Source of the DNA: Lama glama
Lineage: Eukaryota
Length of the DNA stretch: 64,000 nt
Direction: 5' to 3'
NCBI GenBank assembly: GCA_028534125.1
Contig: CM052818.1
Location: forward strand, 3,164,001 to 3,228,000
Under the pieces are notes generated by a model. The model was not told the origin of the DNA. It did not search any database and was given only the letters and a program-made list of their open reading frames with translations. The stretch's first letter is position 1, and the number at the start of each line of letters is the position of its first letter. The position numbers and the translations under genes are program-made. Shown one piece after another: positions 51,660 through 64,000 of the stretch.

Positions 51660-53205
51660 AAAAATATATGGGCAGTTAAAAAAGAAAAGAAAAAGAAATG
51701 AGCTATCAAGTCATCAAAGACATGGAAGAAACTTAAAAGACATATCACTAAATTAAAGAAGCCAGTCTGAAAATGTTACAAACTGTACGATTCCAACCAA
51801 ATGACATTCTGGAAAAGGCAAAGCTACAGAAACAATAAAAAGATCATGGTTTCCAGGGGCTTGGGGAGAGGGAGGGAGGGTTGAATAGGTGGAGCACAAG
51901 GGATTTTTTAGGGCAATGAATTATTCTTTGTGATACTGTAGTGGTGACTACACGTCATTATGCATTTGTCAAAGCCCATAGAATGTACAACATCAAGAGT
52001 GAACCCCAATGTAAACTGGACTTTGGTTGATAATAATGCGTCCATGTTGGTTCATTGATTGTACCAAATATGCCGCACTGGTGAGGGATGTTGAGGGTAG
52101 GGGAGTATATATGTGTGGTTGGGGAGGGCTATGTGTGAACTCTCTGTAAATTCTGCTCAATTCTGCTGTGAACCTGAAACTGCTCTAAAAAACAAAGTCT
52201 ATTAAAAAAAAAAAGAGGCAAACAAACAAAAGGTTCTACTATACAGAATATATAAAGAACTCTTACAACTAAACAATAAAAAGATAATCCAATTTTTAAA
52301 AATGGGCAAAGTATCTGAATAAACATATCTACAAAGAAGATACTCAAATGACTGATAAACACATACAAAAAAATGCTCAATGAATGAAATGCAAATCAAA
52401 CCCACAATGAGCTCATTTCTTGCCCACTAGGATGACTCCAAAACAAAACAAAACGAAAACAAAAACAAAAGGAAACGAACAAGCATTGGCAAGAATGTAG
52501 AAAAATTGGAACTCTCATACTCTGCTGATGGGAATGTAAAATGGTGTAGCCACTGTGGAAAACCACTTGGCAATTCCTCAAAAAGTTAAACAGTTCCTCC
52601 TCCTCCTGTGATCCAGCAATTCCACTCCTAGGTATCTACCCAAAAGAAATGAAACCATGTCCATCCACACAAAAACTTGTACATGACTGTGGTCATGTAC
52701 AATTTAGTGGCTTTTAGTATATTCACAGCATTACTCAGAATAGCCAAAAAGTGAAAACGGCTCAAAAGTCTGTCAGCTGATTAATGGATAAACAACTTGT
52801 GCTGTAGCCATACAATAGAATATATTCAGTCATAAAAAGGAACAAAATATTGATACATGCTACAACATGGATGAACCTTGAAAACATTCTGCTAAGTGAA
52901 AGAAGCCAGACACGAAAGGTCACATATTAAATACGTCTACTTACATGAAATGTCCAGAATTAGTAAATCCATAGAGTCGGAAAGCAGATTATTGGTTGCC
53001 AAGGACAAGGGTAGATGGGGTGGGTGAGAAATGAGGAGTGGCTGCTAACGGCTCTGGGTTTCTTTTTGAGGTGATGAAACGTCCCACATAAGATAGTGGT
53101 GATGATTGTACAGCATTGTGACTACACTAAAACCCACTCAACTGTACACTTTAAAATGGTGAATTTTATGGTATATGAATGATATCTCAATTTAATAAAA
53201 AAATA
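51660..53205 (+). mobile_element. Old L1 (L1MC/L1MB-type) ORF2 end and 3' UTR segments
   Basis: gatccagcaattccactcctaggtatctaccc, catggatgaaccttgaaaacatt, cactttaaaatggtgaattttatgg. Confidence 0.8.
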
Positions 53206-53644
53206 GCATGCAAATTTGTGGGTAGAGTATGATTCATTTTAAAAAGGGTGATGATATAGGTGCTACTTAAAAGGGTAGTGTGTAAAACGGAGACTAGAGG
53301 GTGCTACCCTCTAGTTAGCAATCTGTAGCAATATGGATTTTCACGTGTATTATATATTTATGTTCTGTAAAAATATATATTGCTGTGTTAATTGAAAAAT
53401 TGGGTAATAAAAGTTATTAAAGACAAAACAATGTGCAGACTGTCTGTCCATTTCGACTCTCTTAGGGCAGTTTTTCTAGCCTAGAGGGACCATCCAAAAT
53501 AGTGGTTAAGAAAGCAGCTCGGGAACCACAGTGCTGGTGTTCAAACACCGGCTCTGTGTCCGACTAGCTCTGTAACCTTGGACAAGTCCCCTATTGCTGT
53601 GTGGCTCAGTTTCCTCACCTGTAAAGCAGCATCAGAATAATATG

Positions 53645-54057
53645 TATCTATTTCTGGTTTGTAAATAAGTTCATTTGCATCATTTTTTTTCTGATTCCAC
53701 ATATGGGTGATATCACAGGATATTTCTCTTTCTCTGTCTGAGTTACTTCACTTAATACGATAATCTCTAATAGACCAGACATAGAAAACAAACTATGGGT
53801 ACCAAAGGGGAAACGAGTGGGAAGGAGGGATAAATTAGGAGTTTGGGATTAACAGATACACACTACTATATATAAGATAGATATAGGACCTACTGTACAG
53901 AATATAGGGAACTATATTCAATATTTTGTAATAACCTAAAATGGAAAAGAATCTGAAAAAGAATATATATATATATATTTGTATAATTTAATCATTTTGT
54001 TGTACACCTGAAACTAACACAGCATTGTAAATCAACTATACTTCAATTAAAAAAAAT
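53645..54057. mobile_element. 5'-inverted (twin-primed) L1 inserted in a MIR
   Basis: 53645-53769 is antisense and 53770-54057 is sense with an A tail. The two pieces are adjacent in the sibling L1 at ~16870-17015. Confidence 0.8.
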
Positions 54058-57000
54058 ACCATGCACCTCATAGGGCCCTGCAGATTCAAGGAGTTAATTC
54101 ATTTAATGTGCTTGGAATAGTGCTTTGCACAGAACAGGCTTTGGACAGACGGTAGCCAGGCCAGGAGATGTTGCTGGAGTGGCTCAGTTTCCAGGCTGGG
54201 AATGACCACATCTGACCTCAGTGAGGTCCTGTCAGGAGCCAGTGGGAGAAGGTTCTCTTACAGGCCCACAGAGGAAGCTCAGAAATGCTTTCTGAAGTAG
54301 AGGTAAACTAACAAATGAAGACACAGGTAGGTTTCATCCACGTGGAGGCGGATTTGAGGAAGTGCATGAGTCTCTCCTCGCTGTGGTTGAATGGCTCAGG
54401 GAGTAACTAATTTGGGGACTAACTGGGTATTGTGTTTGCTGTCATTGAAGCAGAGTTGCCTCAGTTCCCTACCAAGGCACACTCAGCCTGGTGGCAGTTG
54501 TCCAGAGTCCTTATCAGCTGCTGGGAGGAGAAGGGGGCAGGTGTCATAACCTTCTTACTTTAGTGGACACTGGCCCAGGGGGCACTCAGGGGACAAGAGC
54601 CATCTCAGAGCCCCCACTGTTGGGGAATGAGAGCAGGGGAAGGAGGGGCAGGGGCCTGGGCGGGCTTAGGGGGCTAACTCCCTCACTGGTGTGTAACCCT
54701 CCCTGGCACGCCCCCTTTGCCTCCCCCTCTACGGCCCCCTCCTCTTCCCAATAAAGTATAAAGGCGATAGCACCCTCAGGGATGTTCAGAGCAAGTCCCT
54801 CTGGTAGTTCCTTCCTCTCTGTTTCCTTCTCAGTCAAGTCCTGGTGAATAGTTACCCAAAATGCCAAGCTGGGGCTTGTTGCTGCCAGTCTTTTGTTAAC
54901 TTCCGTTTTTCTCTCTCAGAATGTTTACGGAAGGCCTGTGTATCAGAAGTCAGCCCTGTGGCAGGAGGCAGAAGCAGGGCTGGGTGCCCACAAAGGCATT
55001 ATTATTTCCCAAGGCAGCCGGAGGATCATGGACATTATCTTATCCAGTTATCTGGAGGGAGGACTAAGGCCTACAAAGAAGGAGCGACTTGTCCAAGACC
55101 ACTCAGAGCCAGGACCTCAGTAGAGTATAATTTTCCAGGCAGAATTTTGAGGCTCAAGAGCAGGAGCCCCAGAACCCTAGACAGGTAATGTTGAAGAAGA
55201 AGACAGTCAGGGCCAGAATTACGAAGGAACAATTATTTCCCACATGCGAGGATGCCCAAACAGAATGACTTTGGGGGACTGCAAATCATTTCGTATGGGA
55301 GGCTGAGGGCAGAGACAAGAGAGTGGCAGGCTTTGCCCTGGTGAGGCTGGTGGGAACAGATCCTGCAGGGTCTATAAGCTATGCCGAGAAGTTCAGATTT
55401 TCTTTTGTAGACCATGGATAGAGGTGGGACTTGATAGTCTTCAAGTAGGAGAGTGATGTGGTCAGATTGGAATCCTCCAGTGGCCAGGCCAGGCAAGGTG
55501 GCCGAAGGACTTGGCAGTGGACAGCTTCTCTGGTGGTGACTGCCTATTTATATGTTTGGCTGAGTGGCTGATTCTTTGGCAGGAGGTGACAGGGCTGGTA
55601 ATGCTGAACAGTATGCGGTTCACTACTTGGAGCAGCTGGGGGGTGAGGTGGGTTCAGCTCACAAACCTCAAGCTCTTAGCAAACAGATGACAAAGAATAA
55701 GTAACTGCTCCGGGTGTGACCCAGACTGCTGGCTGGGGTGAGGCATGAGGTGGTGATGTATGTGTGTGTGTGTTGAGTGGGGCAAGAGAGAGAACTGGGG
55801 GTTCGGAGGAGACTAGCCTTCTAAACAAGTGGGGCAACTCCTGGGGCTATGACACAACAGGTGATTGTCAGCCTGTTTAGGCTCCAGCAGTGGCTGTGGC
55901 CTAACAGCTGGTGGTAGGAATGGCGCTGTGACAAGAAACATAGCAACTGCACAGGGGCTCGTGCATTTCCAGCCCTCAACCCAGAAGAGGATGGGACCTG
56001 CTCAAGCTGCCCCAAAGAGAAAGGGGTGTTGAAGTGCAGGTCCGCATCAGAGGGGACAAAGTGAATTAAACTCTAATAGTCAGATTGGCCAGGCACCTGA
56101 GAGTCACTGCTCCAACACCCTCTTCTATCCATTCTTCTTACCTGTAGCTTTTATTTTTAGCTTTCTATTGCTTCCTGATTACTCTTTTAGTGAGGTTACT
56201 TCAAAAACAATCAAACCTCCCCAAAAAAACCCTTCCCCAAGTCTCCCGCCTCAAGTTGTTGTCCTGTTTCTCTCCTTTGCACCAAGTATCTGGGCCACCT
56301 ATACTGTCTCCGCTTCCTCACCCCCAGGCCCTCCTCTCCTGCTGCAGTCTGGCTTCCCTCTACCTCTCTTCTAAAATCCTGCTCCCTAAGAATACTCGTG
56401 ACATTGAAATTGTCTCCTCCAGGATCCCCTTTATCTCTAAAATTAGTGGGGAGGTAGGTGTAAAAAACTATTAGAAATTCAGTTTGTTTTTTTATCTTAA
56501 CTGTTAATATTTAAGTTGTTTGTGTTTTCTAATACACATATTTAGAATTATGTTCTATATAGTTTATAAAAAAGCATATTGACCATAGACATATATATGA
56601 TTTATAAATAAATAATAAGAGGATATGCTAAAGACTTTTTATGGAAGGGGTACCCTTTAAGAAAATGTTGAGAGACCACTGGTTTTCAGGATAAAACTCA
56701 AACCCTTTACTATGGCATTCAAAGCTGTTTATAATTTAGCCTCAAATGATTCTCTTTCACCTCCCCTTCCCTCCATCACCTCCCATACTCTAACTTCAGT
56801 GGGGTATTACAGATCTTTCAACCAAAATGCCAAGTTTTAGCTCAAAGTGTTTCTGCATATAGTAGACGTTCAGTCAAACCTGTTAAACCTCGAAATTACA
56901 GCAATAATGCTGTGGTATAATTGTTCTATTGGCTTTGAAATGTTCCTCTTTGACTTCTCTCAAGGGCGCCATCCTGGTTTCTCTCCTGCTGCTTTGACTG

Positions 57001-59384
57001 TTCCTCTTCATTGGCTGCTTCCTCCACACTCATTCTACAAACACTATTGAGCCCCGGCTGTATGTCAGATATGGTGAAAGGCACTAGGGATACCGTAACC
57101 AGGCTAGTGCCCTTACCTCAAGGATACACCCAAGAGCTCAGCCTCTAGCCTTTTCTTCTTGTTTATCTGTCTCCCTGTAGCCCTGAATTCCCTTCAGTTT
57201 GTCTCCTGTTTCAAGCTATTTCTGCCTGCAGATACTCCCATCACCATGTCTGAATTCATTGCTCCCCCTCCTCACATCTCTTTCTCTGGCCTCCACAGCC
57301 AGTTTCAATCTCTCTTGCACTGGCTCCTTTCTGTACACATTTCTATTAATACCATTTCCCAACCAGTATGAGAACCTGATTGGCTGAGGTCGTTTCTAAC
57401 TGCTGTTCCTGCCTTTATTTTCGCCAAGTGGCCATTCGCCCTATGCTGTCCTATCCTATCTTATTTATCCTTGCGGCCTAAATCATTATTTTACAAATTA
57501 TTGCCAGCTGTATGTTTTAAGAGGTGGGGAGGGGAGGAGGGTTGAGGGAAATTTGAGGCCTACGTTTTACAGAGCATTTGAACCACTTCCCCTAGCAAGT
57601 CTTAAGGACGTTTCACAACATTCAGCTTGGTGTTTGAGGGTCCAGCCTAGAAATCTGCTCCCGCTCTCCTCTGCACAAACTTGATTTGTGCTTATTATTT
57701 CCAGAAGACACTGAGCCCATTTCTAGGTCTTCACTAGGGCCTCCCTTATCTGTCCTGGCCCCTAGGACAACTGTCTTGTCTCAGCTTGTCATTTAGTACA
57801 CATTGCTTTCTTTATTACTTCTCTGCTCAAAGACATTGTGGGCAGAAATGAGCCTTGGGCTTTTTGCAGTCTAAAGTATACTAAAGTTTACTGTGTTGTA
57901 AGCACTGTTCTGTTTCACATACACGCTCTCATTTTTTTTTCCCCCACAAGCCCAGGACACGTGTACTTTAACACCTCCATTTCATAGAGTTTAAGTAAAT
58001 TGCCCAAGGCCACAAGTAGCAGCCAAATTAAAATTTAAACTCAGGTTTAATGTCAGAATTTGGGTTCCTGACTCCGCAGTGGGTATAAAGTACATGTAGA
58101 CCCCAATCTTACCTCCAGGGACTCTTGTAACCAGGTCTGTACTTCAGGAAAAAAGGAACAGGTAGATGCCCTGTAGAGAATCAGCCTCAACAAGTATTTA
58201 TGGTGGCTAACACTCCCCTCCAATGGGAACTTCTCTCTGCTGTTAGTGATCTCCCACAGTGCCTGGTCTGAACTACACACTGTGGCACGTAATTGTCTAT
58301 TGTCCTGTGCTGCTGTTTCTAGTGTTTTTGCTTAACGTTAGAAAAATTTTCTTCTCATCAGGTTCAGCCTGGACCCACTGGCTGATGTGGATATGAAGCT
58401 GCTAGGCCTTTGCAGCAAGATGTCCCTAATCCACTGGTGAAGAAAATAGGTGACTTGAAAATAAGAATGTTTTGCAGATTTGTTAAAAATGCAGTCCCTG
58501 ATTAGTTTTGGGGTGGGACCCAGAAACATGCATTTTTAACATTGAGGTCATTCTTTGGCTGTTTGCTGTCAGTGCATCATTCCAATACGTTTCTGCCTGT
58601 GAGGGCTGCCCCATTTAGGCAGAATTATTTCCCCGTAAAATGATGTCTTTAAACACCGCACAGCTGAAGAAATTAGAAGCTGGGCCTCCTTTGTTTCTGA
58701 ATACGCCACTTGGCAGGTGTAATAACATCCTCTGACAGGCTGCTTGCCACAGGTGCATGCCTGCCACGTGCGCCCCGCTGGTACCATCCCCCATTCAGTC
58801 CTGCTGCCCCACCAAGACCCTCTATCCCTACCGCCACCCACCATGTAGCAGTTACCCTCTTCCAAGCCCTCAGACCCACCCTTGCCCCTTTCCCTTCCCT
58901 CTACCTCAGCCCCTCCCTTCACCCCCAGCCCAGCCCAGCCCTTCCCTCCCCCACCTCTTCTCTGGGCACCCCCGACTCCTCCCACCTCAACATTTTTTTG
59001 TTTCTGGCTAAGACTTTTCCACGAGAGACTGGGGGTGGGGCTGGTTAAAACAGAGGACACACGGCCATTCATCAGAGGTCCTCCGGAAAGGGCATTCTTC
59101 CATCTGAGAAAAGCCTTATGTATGCTACCAGAGAAATGGGCAGAGGCCTCTCTCTGGAACCTGGCTGGAGGGATGTCACTCTCCAACAGAGCCCCAGACT
59201 CTGCAAACATCCCAAAGCCAGCCCAGCCTGCTGTGTTCCTTTGTTGGGACAGAGAGGGAATGGAATCTTACCAGTAAGGTGAAAAGGGCTTGAGAAAATA
59301 CCAAGGACGGGCCCACCCTACTCCCTACAAAGGCCGGCCGAGCACTAAAAGGGGAAGAAAAAAAGCACCAACAAAGAGTTTAAG

Positions 59385-59765
59385 ATAGCAGTTCCCAGCT
59401 TTTTCAAATATGAAGCACTTTTTAACCAATCCACTTTTTAATTTTTAAATTCTTGACATTACAGAACTAAACTGAAATTTATTAACATTCCACTCTTACA
59501 TTTCTTATCGACAAACAGAAATAAAATTCATGAGCCAAAAACCCAAACAAAACTAAAAACAGGGAAAAGCTTATAAAACTAAATATGGATCCCAGCATTA
59601 ACAGCTGAACAGAGAATGTGATTTTTAAATTCTTAGCAGATGATAAAAGTTGTGTAGAAACTGAACACTTACAAATTATTTAAAACCTGGAATCACTGAC
59701 CAGAAATTACACAGTTGGATCATGGGAAAACAGCAGAAAGGGGTTATGAGCGAACCTACACTGTT
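59385..59765 (-). terminator. PCBP1 3' UTR with poly(A) signals
   Basis: AATAAA on - strand at 59478-59483 and ATTAAA at 59437-59442; U-rich UTR. Confidence 0.75.
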
Positions 59766-62500
<2,735 letters not shown>

Positions 62501-64000
62501 AAAACCCCTCAGGGTAGTCCAAACCTCGGCAGGCGAATATTAATACATTTATTTCACTAATCGGAAATGGGAATGCGAGTAACTAAAATATAGGCATCAT
62601 ACCGAATCTGTCTCTTATTTCAAGTTTAATAATGGATGATCAGGAGGTCAGTACCAATGCATAATCTGGGTCCCCAGAACCAAAACATTTAGGAATTGAT
62701 TCTGCGAGAAATGAGATGGGAAATGAAAGCTTTTTAGACTTCTAGCATAGGCTATTGTGCTGGAGAGATAAAGAAATGGTATTATAAAGCTTCTTTAAAA
62801 AAGAATTTCCATGATACCTGTGAGCTTTTCACTGGCCAGCTGGCCCGTGAACCTAAGTTTACCGTAATTGTTAACTTGTAGGCTAGAAGGGGCAGACGTT
62901 TACATTTACCACCGCCAGATCCTGTGCTAGCCATTTTACCGCATAATGTCTTTAATTTTTTACAGTGATCCTCTGAGGTACTTGTTCTCTCTCTCTTTTT
63001 TTAACAGACGAAATCACTTAGGCCCAGAGAGGTGAAGTGACTAATTGAAGGTCACACAGTATCGAGGATGGAATCCAGACCTGATATACTTAATTGGTGA
63101 GCACATTTCCACATGTTTCTCTAAGTCAGAGTTTTAGGATTTAAATGCTGTTTGGACATTTAGGTGAGCTAGTCCATTTAAAGGAACCCCTCAGATAATT
63201 TTTTGTGGCATAGTTACCCCCGGTTTGTATCTGTCTGGGGATTCCCAGTTTTTCCTGGTGTGAGCTATACCTACCTGTAAGGGGCTCAGCTGCCTTTTTT
63301 TTTTTTTTTTATGTGAGGTGTCTGGGTGAGGACAGAGAGGAAATGATTCAGCTCTGCATAAAGGCTCAAGTATCTGTCAGTCTGGCCTTGTCTGAGGCAC
63401 ATTTGAGTCTACCTGTTTCTGTGGGAGCAGTTTCTCTATGTGACTCAGTTGCTTCCTTCACCTATTCATAGGCATGGGCATGACTTCCACCTTCCCCACC
63501 CCAACATCCACCCAGGTAAAAATAAACAAATTTACTCTGGTGCCAAGACTCCATTTCTCTGCAGATAGTGACAGAGCAGACAGAATGTTAGATAAATCAT
63601 GGTCTGTGGACTTTTCTGTTCAATGTGACAAATAATTTGTGGGCCAGGCAACAAATATGTGCCTAAATGGTGCCATACTTGTATGGGTGCTAAGAGATGG
63701 AGAGAAGGGCTTTTTGCTTCCTTTAACTTATGTTAATATCATACATTAGACTTTCCAAAGTGCTTTCACGTTACCTTATATAATCCTACAGACAACTTTA
63801 ATAGGTAGGTGCGTAACAGCAATAGTGACAGTAATAGCACTTAAGTGTTTACTTTGTACCAGGCACTGAACCTTTATTTTGTAATTGATTCAGTGGCTCT
63901 CACATTTTTGAAAGAAAATCACCCTAAGAAATATATTTTACATAGCAACTCAAACATATATGCACACACATATATAAAGGAAAAAAAATTTTTGCAAAAC

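Noticed and set aside
54568..54588. CTCF-like CCCAGGGGGCACT
   Set aside because: Lacks the conserved CC at the 5' end of the core.
58569..59277. 213-aa and 131-aa ORFs downstream of PCBP1
   Set aside because: Gly- or Pro-rich because of the G/C-skewed tract; no splice or domain support.

Overview
This is mammalian genomic DNA, most likely from a camelid, judged from a dozen tRNA-Ala(AGC)-derived SINEs of the vic-1 type. Two protein-coding genes converge. The last three coding exons and 3' UTR of C2orf42 lie on + (about 955-9180). The intronless retrogene PCBP1 lies on - (59766-60836) under a large CpG-island promoter whose + side matches the position of the PCBP1-AS1 lncRNA known in human. 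The roughly 50 kb between them is mostly transposon debris (L1, L2, MIR, MaLR/ERV LTRs, hAT elements, SINEs) plus two CpG islands with no recognisable coding gene (about 12.5-13.3 kb and 32.1-32.6 kb). Almost all ORFs in the supplied track look spurious. I found no convincing new multi-gene system. The most notable structures seen directly are: a 3'-truncated U5 snRNA retrocopy with 13-bp target-site duplications (TSDs); a perfect 38-bp inverted repeat that flips a SINE head; an unexplained 192-bp insert in an old L1; a twin-primed L1; a solo LTR with a 4-bp TSD; a CTCF motif in a probable LTR; an inverted YY1 motif pair; and a C-rich tract just past the PCBP1 3' end. Gene and repeat family names come from memory of the sequences, not from searches, and most repeat boundaries are approximate.
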